64,000 nucleotides of DNA, taken from positions 35,522 to 99,521 of the forward strand of contig JAGXLL010000004.1 in the NCBI GenBank assembly GCA_018334675.1, written 5' to 3'. This DNA is from Bacteroidales bacterium. GTDB lineage: Bacteria; Bacteroidota; Bacteroidia; Bacteroidales; UBA12077. The notes below the pieces were generated by a model. That model was not told the origin of the DNA. It saw only the letters and a program-made list of their open reading frames with translations, and made no database searches. Made by a program: the position numbers and the translations under genes. This document shows, in pieces, positions 9,174-18,075 of this stretch (its first letter is position 1; every line of letters starts with the position of its first letter).

Positions 9174-12100
9174 CAAACCCGTATCAGTTTTTGTTGATTG
9201 ATATACCAGATGTATCCCACGAAATTTTCATATCCCATGTTGCTGAGTTGTTTCAGATAATAATTCATTTGTTTGCGGTACTTTTCATCCTCCCGCTCGC
9301 CGAACTTGTAATCAACCACTACTGTGGAACCATCCCTGAACATCACCCGGTCGGGGCGATAAGAACGCGCGTTGGGCAGCAGGATCTCCTTTTCTGTATA
9401 TACCTTCCACTTGCCTGAGAACCAATCTTCAGCCTGACTTTGCCTGATCACCTGAAGGATCTGATCATGCAGCTTGTTCTTTTCCTGACTTGAGATCTTA
9501 CCTTCCAGGTATACCTTTTCCAATGCACCATCGATATCGTTCAGCGAATGGATGTGTTCAAATACCTGGTGCATCAGGCGACCATAATCGACGGTACCCT
9601 GAAAGAGGTCGGTGCTTGGGGAAAAAAATTCACTGTGTTCATAGCGCAGGTGCATGGGAGGCTTGGAGCTGAAAACAGGATAGTGGTCCTGGTACAGCTG
9701 GTGCTGCTGCACCCCTTCCTCTTCCTTGCTTTCAGACAGGCTCCCCCACCAAAAGACCATCTTATCGGGATCCCAATAATCCCCCATATTGGTAATAAAC
9801 GGGGCATCACCTGTTGTGGGGCCCGACAAATGTTCCTGCTGCTGGTAAATGAAATGGATCAGCTCGCCCACATGGGTGATGCCTTTGTCGCTTGCCAGGT
9901 GGTTGGGTGTTCCGTCTTTTCTTACCTTGAGGGGGACATAACTGATCAGGGCTTCCTCTGCCCGGGTAAACGCCACATACAGCAGGTTTAGACTATCCAC
10001 GTATTGATGAAATTGCTCGGTGTAATATTCCCTATAAAACAAGGTATCGGCCAGGGAGCTGCTATAGTGAACCGGCACCACCCCCACTTCGCACAGGGGT
10101 TCCTGCCGGGGGGCACACCACAGATAGTTCTTATTCAAACCTGAACCCGGAGCATTCAAAGCCCAGTTGCAAAAAGGCACCAGCACTACTTTAAACTCCA
10201 GGCCTTTGGCTTTATGAATGGTGGTGATGCGGATGGCATCGTAGTCCTCCGGCAGCTGTAATTTTTGTTTGGAGGCGTTCAACTCCCACCATTCCAGGAA
10301 GGAATTGAGGTCGGAGGCATACCTTTTGGAGAAGTCCAGCACCACCTCCTGAAAAGCCTGAATATAGGGTATCTCGTCCTGCATCGAGGGAATACTGAAA
10401 ATGCTGATCAGTCTTTCGGTAAGCTCATACAGGGGCATCTTTTTGAGCTCTCCCAGATGATCCATGAATGCTGCGGGAAGGCAATCTCCCGGGCCCTCCC
10501 TGCTGTGCCGGTAAAGATCATGTCCCTGCTCCGGGGAAAGGGGCTGGTTCAATACCGATTGCCGGTAAGCATCCTTGATAAATGCCTGGTTGATGGGATC
10601 TTCCGGTTTAACCAGGTAACGGAACAAGGCAACCAGGAGCTTCACGCTCTCGGCACGCATCACATAAAGAGAATCGTTGGAAATAAAGTCATATCGGTAA
10701 GGGCTATTTGCACCGGCTTGATTTTGCTGGTTGGTCAGGGCATCGGCTATCTCCTGCCCCTCCCGGTTGGTCCGTACCATGATGGCCATATCCGAAAGAC
10801 GATAACCCTGGTCCTGTAACATCTCCACATCTCTTATCATGCTTTGCCGGCTTTCTTCCCTGGCCTCCGCTTCTTTCTGATGAAAATGGGTAAAAAAACG
10901 GGTGAAGACCATGCCCCCCGTTCTCTCCTGAGGCATCTTCTGACGTACATCCCGGTATGCATCCAGCAATTTGTCGCTGTAGGGGTTGTCTATGCCCAGC
11001 TGTTCCATCTCCTGATCATACTGATGCTGAAGGATCACCGGGGCATAATGGAAAAGGGTATTGTTGAAGGCCACCACATTCCTGCGGCTTCGCCAGTTAA
11101 AATCCAGTGAAACGCTTTGCGCGGAGGATTGAAACTCCCGGTATACCTCATCCTGCAGGATCTTCCAGTCGCCATTGCGCCACCGGTATATGGACTGTTT
11201 CACATCTCCCACCATCAGGTTGTATCTGCTTTGGGCCAGGCTGTTATGTATCAGCGGACGGAAATTGTCCCACTGAAACCGGGAGGTATCCTGAAACTCA
11301 TCGATCATGAAATGATGGTATATGCTGCCGGTTTTCTCATATACAAAGGGTGCTTCGTTGCCGGCAATGATGCGGCGTAGCAAATCTCCGGCATCGGCGA
11401 TCAGGAAAATGTTCTTCTCCCGGCAATGGTCATTGACCCGCTGCTGGATATCTACCAACAGACCCAGCACATAGATATTTTTCAGTACCTCTTTAATGGT
11501 CAGGTACCGGGGCATGTCTTGCTCCACATAATCGACGACCTGACGGAGCCATCCGTTCAGATGATCCCTCGCCAGGGAGATCACCAGGTCCTTGTTGGCT
11601 TTGTCGAGTTTGGGTGAAGGCCATTTTTCGGGATCATCCAATACCTTCATCACATTGGCATTGGGCGAGAGTTTGTCCTGGCGTTTATCATTCAGATAAT
11701 AAAAATACTGCGCCACCCCCTTACTGGCATATTTGAAAGCCTCCGGGGTGAGCCCGTTTTGTTCCATACGCTCCACTGCCTGGCTACCGTATTGCTGCAA
11801 GGTATTTTCAAAGCGAGCCTGTTCACTCCTGAGCTTCTTCACATAAGCAGCAAGCTGGTCCCTGTCGCGCAGCTTTTCATTAACCCCCAGCCGCAGATCT
11901 TTGACTTCCTCTTTCATCAGCTCTCCCGCCAGGTTCAGTATCTCATGGCGGAAATTCCAGCTTTTGCCTTCCTGCATGCGCGATTGGGCAAAGTCCACCA
12001 GCCATTGCCTCAATTGTTGATCCTCTCCTGTAGCCAATAGCAGATCATCGATCACAAAATTCAGGATCTCGCTCTGGTCGGTCTCCAGGGTGTAGCCTGA

Positions 12101-12475
12101 TTGCAGACCGATCTCCCGGGCAAAAGTACGGAGCACCCGCTGAAAAAACCGGTCGATGGTGCTGACTGAAAAACGGCTGTAGTCATGCAAGATGCGATGC
12201 AGGATGTCACCAGCCCGCTGTTGTACCTGGTGTCCATCCATCCCAAACCGGTCCTGAAGCATATCGTAATATCCCGATTCCGCTCCATTGGCCAACCGGT
12301 TCAATTCATAAAGAATGCGATGTTTCATCTCACCGGTCGCCTTGTTGGTGAAGGTAACGGCCAGGATGTTCCTGTAAAGGCCCGGACTCCGAAAAAGCAA
12401 CAGCAGATACTCGCCGGTCAGTTTGAAAGTCTTGCCCGAACCGGCCGATGCCTTATATATGGTAAGACCACTCAT
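9173..12475 (-). CDS. AddA-like UvrD/PcrA-family helicase with C-terminal PD-(D/E)XK nuclease
   Basis: The product has Walker A (ASAGSGKTF), DEFQDTS, VGDVKQSIYRWR, TIHKAKGLEF and a C-terminal RPDRV....VVDYKFG nuclease motif. The start was moved to MSGLTIYKASAGSGKT at 12475, because the track start at 12565 abuts a terminator hairpin. Confidence 0.85.
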   Translation of the reverse strand: MSGLTIYKASAGSGKTFKLTGEYLLLLFRSPGLYRNILAVTFTNKATGEMKHRILYELNRLANGAESGYYDMLQDRFGMDGHQVQQRAGDILHRILHDYSRFSVSTIDRFFQRVLRTFAREIGLQSGYTLETDQSEILNFVIDDLLLATGEDQQLRQWLVDFAQSRMQEGKSWNFRHEILNLAGELMKEEVKDLRLGVNEKLRDRDQLAAYVKKLRSEQARFENTLQQYGSQAVERMEQNGLTPEAFKYASKGVAQYFYYLNDKRQDKLSPNANVMKVLDDPEKWPSPKLDKANKDLVISLARDHLNGWLRQVVDYVEQDMPRYLTIKEVLKNIYVLGLLVDIQQRVNDHCREKNIFLIADAGDLLRRIIAGNEAPFVYEKTGSIYHHFMIDEFQDTSRFQWDNFRPLIHNSLAQSRYNLMVGDVKQSIYRWRNGDWKILQDEVYREFQSSAQSVSLDFNWRSRRNVVAFNNTLFHYAPVILQHQYDQEMEQLGIDNPYSDKLLDAYRDVRQKMPQERTGGMVFTRFFTHFHQKEAEAREESRQSMIRDVEMLQDQGYRLSDMAIMVRTNREGQEIADALTNQQNQAGANSPYRYDFISNDSLYVMRAESVKLLVALFRYLVKPEDPINQAFIKDAYRQSVLNQPLSPEQGHDLYRHSREGPGDCLPAAFMDHLGELKKMPLYELTERLISIFSIPSMQDEIPYIQAFQEVVLDFSKRYASDLNSFLEWWELNASKQKLQLPEDYDAIRITTIHKAKGLEFKVVLVPFCNWALNAPGSGLNKNYLWCAPRQEPLCEVGVVPVHYSSSLADTLFYREYYTEQFHQYVDSLNLLYVAFTRAEEALISYVPLKVRKDGTPNHLASDKGITHVGELIHFIYQQQEHLSGPTTGDAPFITNMGDYWDPDKMVFWWGSLSESKEEEGVQQHQLYQDHYPVFSSKPPMHLRYEHSEFFSPSTDLFQGTVDYGRLMHQVFEHIHSLNDIDGALEKVYLEGKISSQEKNKLHDQILQVIRQSQAEDWFSGKWKVYTEKEILLPNARSYRPDRVMFRDGSTVVVDYKFGEREDEKYRKQMNYYLKQLSNMGYENFVGYIWYINQQKLIRV

Positions 12476-12570
12476 AGATTGATGCTTTAGAGTGGTAAAG
12501 GTAATACATTTTTGGGGAGGCAAACCGATAGAAAAACTCATGTGGTAAATCAGCATACATGGCAAACAAA

Positions 12571-12598
12571 ACCCCGCCCGGCAGCTGCCAGGCGGGGC
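12571..12598 (-). terminator. rho-independent terminator downstream of the WM-repeat ORF
   Basis: The minus strand reads GCCCCGCCTGGCAGCTGCCGGGCGGGGTTTTGTTTG. This is an ~11-bp GC-rich stem (one G.U pair) followed by a U-tract. Confidence 0.6.
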
Positions 12599-12620
12599 AT
12601 GGAAAAATTAGAGTTCATCT

Positions 12621-12664
12621 TAAACCTAAACCTAAAACTAAACCCTAAACCCTAAACCCTAAAT
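12621..12664. repeat. hexa/heptanucleotide microsatellite TAAACC(C), about 7 units (minus strand TTTAGGG-like)
   Basis: The sequence reads directly as taaacc taaacc taaaac taaaccc taaaccc taaaccc taaa. It lies between the stop of ORF 12666..13055 and its terminator. Confidence 0.85.
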
Positions 12665-12665
12665 T

Positions 12666-13055
12666 TCAAATTTTCCAAAACTTCTGATCAACCATCCAGT
12701 CTTCAATGGCGTTCAAATTTCTTTGCTCACGGATCTCAAAATGCTCTTTGTCAAGCATCCAGCTCTCTAACTCATCCAACTCAAGTTCTTCAAGGGTTTT
12801 AAACTCATCCCGGTCGGTCATCCAGGGCTCCATCACGATGGCATTTGCGAATGATGTCGGTCTGACCTTAAAGGGAGTTTGAGTCATCCAGTCTTCCAGG
12901 GTGATGGTTTCCATCATGTAACTCTCTACATCACCCTGCCCGGCAGTACAGTTCTCATCATTGACCATTGCAGCAGAGGCTGTCAAAGAAAATATTCCTA
13001 ATATTGTGGTAAAGGTCATTAAACGAACGACTTTGAGGAATTTTTGTGCTTTCAT
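12666..13055 (-). CDS. small secreted acidic protein with five E-x-(W/Y)-M repeats
   Basis: The probable start is MKAQKFLKVVRLMTFTTILGIFSLTASA (signal peptide). The repeats are ESYMMET, EDWMTQT, EPWMTDR, ESWMLDK and EDWMVDQ. I do not recognise a family. Confidence 0.5.
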   Translation of the reverse strand: MKAQKFLKVVRLMTFTTILGIFSLTASAAMVNDENCTAGQGDVESYMMETITLEDWMTQTPFKVRPTSFANAIVMEPWMTDRDEFKTLEELELDELESWMLDKEHFEIREQRNLNAIEDWMVDQKFWKI

Positions 13056-13142
13056 ATATTTTATCTCCTTTTTATTGTTTAACAATCGAAGCGCTAAGGT
13101 ACGCCAAAAAAATGATTTTTTTAATTTAGACTTAATTTAAAT

Positions 13143-13162
13143 AATATGATTTAAATCATATT
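13143..13162. promoter_or_regulatory. perfect 20-bp palindrome AATATGATTTAAATCATATT in a divergent AT-rich intergenic region (candidate operator)
   Basis: The sequence is its own reverse complement. It sits in the 335-bp gap between divergent genes 12666..13055 (-) and 13391..14815 (+). Confidence 0.3.
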
Positions 13163-13390
13163 TTCCCTATTTGCTTCTCGGTGTATCCAACAAGGAAGTC
13201 ATCAAATTGTTTAATAAATTTATAATAAAGTTAAACAAGTTGGCTCAAAAGAACGGCCCCCGAGGTTTTAAATAACTGTAATTCAGTGTTATAGATACCA
13301 CATTTTCAAAAAATCAATAATAAATAGGGGGAAATCATTAACTTTGTCTCTATACACACGTTAAAAACTCAGAAACCAAAAACAGAACCC

Positions 13391-14815
13391 ATGAATACAT
13401 TCAAGAAAAGCCTCTTCCTCTTTTGGCTCATATGCACCCCAATTTTATTGATCGCTCAGGAACAGCATCAGGATGGATACGAGATAGATGTTCAAATCGA
13501 TGGGCTCAGCCAGTCTGATCTCTATCTGGGCTTTCACTATGGCAGCCGGCAGTTCATCAAGGACACCATACGCCTGGATGAAAATGGCCATGGCACCTTT
13601 AAAGGCAACAAGGATCTGGATCAGGGCATATACCTGATGATCACCCCGGCCAAGAAATATTTTGAGGTTCTGATCGGCAAGGATCAGCATTTTTCTGTCT
13701 CCACCCATGCAAAGGACCTGGTCCACACCTTACGTTTTGAAGGTTCGCAGATCAATCAGGCTTTTACTGAATATCAGCAATTCATGATGGTGCAGACTCA
13801 AAGGAAGAATGCCCTTCAGAAGAAGCTTCAGTCGAACAGCGGCAGCGATTCCACTGATATATGGAGAGAGCAGCTGAACGAGCTAAACCGGCAGGTTGAA
13901 GGCAAGTGGAAGACGATTGCACAGAACCATAAGGGCTCGATCCTGGCCACCATCATCCGGGCCATGAAAAATCCGGAGGTCCCGGACTTCAATATACCCG
14001 AGTCGGCCGATAACAAGGATTCCATCAGATGGACCAGGAGGTACCGCTATTACAAAGATCATTTTTTTGACAACCTCGACCTGTCTGACTCCCGGCTGGT
14101 TCGTACCCCCATCTTCCACAACAAGATCGATCATTATTTCAACAACATCCTGCGCCAACAGCCCGATTCCATTATCAAACAGATTGAATGGGTTGTGGAC
14201 CAAACCCGCGGCAGTGAGGAGAACTTTCAGTATGTGGTGCGGTACCTGCTGAACCATTATCAGAAGAGCAACATCATGGGCATGGACAAGGTCTTTGTTT
14301 ATGTGGCCGAGAATTATTACCTCAACGGTGATGCGGACTGGGTGGATACGGCTACCCTCACGAGGATACGCGACCGGGTACAAAAGATCAAACCCAACCT
14401 GATAGGCAAGCAGGCTCCCAGGTTACAGATGTCATCGCTGGGTGGGGAAAAATACAACCTATATGATACGGACAGCCAGTATACCGTGCTGTACTTCTGG
14501 GAACCCTCATGCGGCCATTGTAAGGAGGTAACCCCGAAGATCTATGACCTTTATGAGAAATACAACCGCGACCAGTTTCAGGTCTTTGCCGTTTATACCC
14601 AGGGCGACCGCAAAGAGTGGAAAGAATACGTGAACAAAAACGATATGGACTGGATCAATGTTTACGATCCCGGCCACAGCAGCAACTTCCGTGGAAAATT
14701 TGACGTCTATAGCACCCCAACGATCTACCTGCTGGATAAAAACAAGACCATCATCGCCAAGCGCATCGGCCACGAAACGCTGAAAAAAATGCTCCAGCAG
14801 AAGCTTGGAGACTAA
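13391..14815 (+). CDS. secreted thioredoxin-fold thiol:disulfide oxidoreductase (TlpA/ResA-like C-terminal domain with a long N-terminal domain)
   Basis: The product has a signal peptide and a C-terminal YFWEPSCGHCKE CxxC motif in an AhpC/TSA-TlpA-like context (VYSTPTIYLLDKNK.IIAKRI). Confidence 0.8.
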   Translation: MNTFKKSLFLFWLICTPILLIAQEQHQDGYEIDVQIDGLSQSDLYLGFHYGSRQFIKDTIRLDENGHGTFKGNKDLDQGIYLMITPAKKYFEVLIGKDQHFSVSTHAKDLVHTLRFEGSQINQAFTEYQQFMMVQTQRKNALQKKLQSNSGSDSTDIWREQLNELNRQVEGKWKTIAQNHKGSILATIIRAMKNPEVPDFNIPESADNKDSIRWTRRYRYYKDHFFDNLDLSDSRLVRTPIFHNKIDHYFNNILRQQPDSIIKQIEWVVDQTRGSEENFQYVVRYLLNHYQKSNIMGMDKVFVYVAENYYLNGDADWVDTATLTRIRDRVQKIKPNLIGKQAPRLQMSSLGGEKYNLYDTDSQYTVLYFWEPSCGHCKEVTPKIYDLYEKYNRDQFQVFAVYTQGDRKEWKEYVNKNDMDWINVYDPGHSSNFRGKFDVYSTPTIYLLDKNKTIIAKRIGHETLKKMLQQKLGD

Positions 14816-14831
14816 AACGTTCCACAAACTT

Positions 14832-17800
14832 TCAACGATTAACGTAATCTTCGATCGCTCTGTAGATCTGTTTTTGGATTCTGGTGCGCACATCGCCGCT
14901 TACCAGCTTCAGGTTATCCTGATCGGGGTGGATGCGGTTGGATAAAAACACGTACACAACCTCTTCTTCCGGATCAGCCCAGCCAATGGTCCCGGTGAAT
15001 CCGGTGTGGCCGAAGCTCTTTTCGGAGATACCGGAGCAGGTGGGTCCCGGCTTGTCATCTTCTGTCACGGGCTTGTCGAAGCCCAACGCCCGGCGGTTGC
15101 CATTCTCCTCGAGGAAAGGGCTTTGGGTGAATAATTGAATGGTTGAATCCCGGAAATACTTCTTACCCCCGTAATAACCTCCATTGAGGTACATCTGCAT
15201 GATCTTGGCCAGATCATTGGCATTGGAGAACACTCCCGCATGACCGCAAACACCCCCTAACATCGCCGTTCCCGGATCATGTACATACCCCCGCAATAAT
15301 TCCCTGCGAAAGGCCATATCGTTCTCAGTGGGTACGATCCTTCCCGGCTGAAAGCGCTGAAGCGGCAGGAAACCTGTATAGCTGGCACTCAGAGGGGCGT
15401 AAAAACGCTCCCTTACGTAGTCCTCCAAAGGAGTATCGGTGATCTTCTCAATCATCCGGAAAAAATAATAATAGCCCAGATCGCTGTATACATAATCCTT
15501 GTCCTCCAGCAATTCCGACTGATCGATCCAGTGGAAGATGCTGTCGGTATAGGCTTCCTTCATATAAAGGCTTTTCGAAACCTGTATGGGGAAACTGTCG
15601 GAGGGCCTGTGGGCAAAAACTCCATCCTTGTATCCTATGTTCCGGGCCATAAAGGAATGGTTCCCCAGCTTATAGGGATAATCCGGAGAGAATTCGGTAT
15701 CCAGCAGCTCATGGTCAGGATAAAGGGGCTCCAGGGTATTATAATAAAAGGGGATCCAGCTTTTAAGGCTGGCCTGGTGGGTGAGTACATCGCGTATCAC
15801 CAGGTCACCTTTATTGGTGGTATCCAGTTGGGGCAGGTAATGATCCAGCGTTTGATCAAGCCGGATTGTATCCTGATCGTACAGATGCATCAGCGAAGGT
15901 AGGGAGGCCATGATCTTGGTAAGGGATGCCACGTCGTAGAGATCATTCCATCTGACAGGCTGTCTTTTCAGATAGGTATGATGGCCAAAGGAACGGTGGT
16001 AGACCACCTTGCCCCTGCGGGCTATAAGCACCTGGCAGCCCGGAGTAGCCTGTGAATCAATGGCTGATGAAACGATGGTGTCGATCCTGTTAAGCCGGGA
16101 AGTACTCATACCCACCGACTCGGGCAAGCCATAACTGAGCCGGCTGAGACTTTCTTTTGCTATGCCGTGGCCGGCCTGAAGGGAATCACCCACCTTAACC
16201 GGCAACCGCCCCTGAAGCGGGATGGCACCGAAAAGAGCCTGAGCCGCCTTTTGCTGGGTGACCGGATCATCATTGTACCCGTTCAACAAAGCATAGGAGC
16301 GTTTACCATCCTGCAGATATTGAAGGGCATAGGGATTGGCAAAATTCACCAGCAACAGGGAGTGGCGTCGACTCAGCTGTTGCAGCCACGGCAGGTATTC
16401 CTGCTTAAAGCCATAGCGCCGGGAAGGTATATGATGGGTGCCATGCACAGAAACCACTATGAAATCATAACCGCTGAGCTCCTCAGCAAACACCTCCGGA
16501 TCATCCCCATCCTCATAATGGTAATGCCGAACCGGCGTATAACGGTCCATGGCCTTCTGGAAAGGCGTGACCTGGCCACTTCCCAGGGCCAGGCTGGCAA
16601 TATTGAGGGTGTCAGGCCGCTTCAACGGAATCCTATCTGAAGGATCCTCCACCAGGGTCAGGGCGTGATCCATTAGCTTGTTCCTCAACACCTTATATCG
16701 ATTCTGATTGAGGTCTTCTATAAGATTCTCCCGGGGAACAGGCGTCACATCCATATCAGCATCCCGGGAGCAGGATAGGGTATCCATCCCGGCCCAATAT
16801 TTGAAAGCAAGAATTTTCCGGCAGCTCTGGTTGATCTGTTCTTCTGATATATCACCCCGCCTCACCTGCCTCTTAATATAAGAAATAGCCCGGGATACAT
16901 CCTGGGGATAAAGCAATACATCGTTGCCGGCTTTGAGGGCCTCGGCTTCAATAACACCGGGTTCAAAGTAATCGGTCACACCCCTCATATTCAAGGCATC
17001 GGTAAAGACCAATCCATTGAAATCCATCCCCTTCTTCAGCAATCCCTTGATTATCTCAGGAGAGAGAGTAGCCGGGCGATGGGGATCATCGATAAAGGCC
17101 GGTACGTTCAGATGAGCTACCATCATACCACCGACCCCGGTCTCTACCATCCGCCTGAATGGGTAAAGTTCCAGTGAATCCAAACGCAGGGAGTCATGGG
17201 GTATCACAGGAAGCGTCTTGTGGGAATCCCGGTCGGTATCGCCATGTCCGGGAAAATGCTTGGCCACCGCCAGCACACATTCATCCTGCAGACCATGCAT
17301 ATAGGCAATGCCCTTGCGGGCCACGTTCTCCCGGTCCGAACCAAAGGACCGGCTTCCGATTACAGGATTATTCGGGTTGTTATTCACATCGGCCACAGGA
17401 GCAAAATTGATGTGGATCCCCAATCGTCGCATCTGCTTGCCAATGTCACGCCCCATCCGGTAGATCAATGAGTCATCCTGGATGGCACCCAACGTCATTT
17501 GACGGGGATAACTGATGACACTGTCCAGTCGCATACCCAACCCCCATTCCGCATCCATTCCTATCATAAGGGGAATATTGGAGTAATTCTGGTAGATATT
17601 CGTGAGTTTGGCCTGTGTGCCGGGATCACCCTGAAAAAAAATCAACCCTCCAATATGGTGCTTGCGGATCAGGCGCATGATCTCCTGGGTGTGTTGCGGA
17701 CTTTTGTTCGAATAAGCCGCTACCATAAAAAGCTGCCCGATCTTCTCATTCAGGGTCAAATCATTTAGAACACTGTCCACCCAGGAAGATTCGACCGATA

Positions 17801-17915
17801 AAAGGGAAGATGGCCCCACCCGGTCTGTTGGCGTCTCATTGGCAGGAAGACGAAAAGAAATGGAAATCAAAACAATACAAGCAAGCACAAATCTAGGGGC
17901 AGAAGCTGATCTCAT
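14832..17915 (-). CDS. fusion protein: GH3 NagZ-like beta-N-acetylhexosaminidase (N-terminal) plus beta-lactamase/PBP-like serine hydrolase (C-terminal)
   Basis: The N-terminal part has GH3 motifs (IGGLIFF, NFAPVADVN, KHFPGHGDTD.DSH). The C-terminal part has SxxK (ASLTKIM) and HTGFTGT motifs of class C beta-lactamase-like hydrolases. A signal peptide is present. Confidence 0.85.
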   Translation of the reverse strand: MRSASAPRFVLACIVLISISFRLPANETPTDRVGPSSLLSVESSWVDSVLNDLTLNEKIGQLFMVAAYSNKSPQHTQEIMRLIRKHHIGGLIFFQGDPGTQAKLTNIYQNYSNIPLMIGMDAEWGLGMRLDSVISYPRQMTLGAIQDDSLIYRMGRDIGKQMRRLGIHINFAPVADVNNNPNNPVIGSRSFGSDRENVARKGIAYMHGLQDECVLAVAKHFPGHGDTDRDSHKTLPVIPHDSLRLDSLELYPFRRMVETGVGGMMVAHLNVPAFIDDPHRPATLSPEIIKGLLKKGMDFNGLVFTDALNMRGVTDYFEPGVIEAEALKAGNDVLLYPQDVSRAISYIKRQVRRGDISEEQINQSCRKILAFKYWAGMDTLSCSRDADMDVTPVPRENLIEDLNQNRYKVLRNKLMDHALTLVEDPSDRIPLKRPDTLNIASLALGSGQVTPFQKAMDRYTPVRHYHYEDGDDPEVFAEELSGYDFIVVSVHGTHHIPSRRYGFKQEYLPWLQQLSRRHSLLLVNFANPYALQYLQDGKRSYALLNGYNDDPVTQQKAAQALFGAIPLQGRLPVKVGDSLQAGHGIAKESLSRLSYGLPESVGMSTSRLNRIDTIVSSAIDSQATPGCQVLIARRGKVVYHRSFGHHTYLKRQPVRWNDLYDVASLTKIMASLPSLMHLYDQDTIRLDQTLDHYLPQLDTTNKGDLVIRDVLTHQASLKSWIPFYYNTLEPLYPDHELLDTEFSPDYPYKLGNHSFMARNIGYKDGVFAHRPSDSFPIQVSKSLYMKEAYTDSIFHWIDQSELLEDKDYVYSDLGYYYFFRMIEKITDTPLEDYVRERFYAPLSASYTGFLPLQRFQPGRIVPTENDMAFRRELLRGYVHDPGTAMLGGVCGHAGVFSNANDLAKIMQMYLNGGYYGGKKYFRDSTIQLFTQSPFLEENGNRRALGFDKPVTEDDKPGPTCSGISEKSFGHTGFTGTIGWADPEEEVVYVFLSNRIHPDQDNLKLVSGDVRTRIQKQIYRAIEDYVNR

Positions 17916-18075
17916 ATGATAAACCTATTAAAGACACAAATATACTCAATTTCCCCGGACCAACATGGAATAAACCCGCATCGTCATGATGCGACAGGCA
18001 TTTTTTTCAATGAAGATTTTTTCATAAATTGGGGATGCTTCAAAATATACGTATCAAATTTAAAAAGGATATTCT

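Noticed and set aside
7971-9197. 408-aa + strand ORF spanning the AddB-like 5' end and the radical-SAM gene
   Set aside because: It crosses a gene boundary on the opposite strand and has no recognisable domain. The minus-strand products have clear radical-SAM (CxxxCxxC-type) and nuclease motifs.
12621-12664. TTTAGGG repeats as evidence of a eukaryotic telomere or contamination
   Set aside because: The array is only about 44 nt long. It is embedded between two clearly bacterial genes and followed by a bacterial intrinsic terminator. It is a local microsatellite, not a chromosome end.
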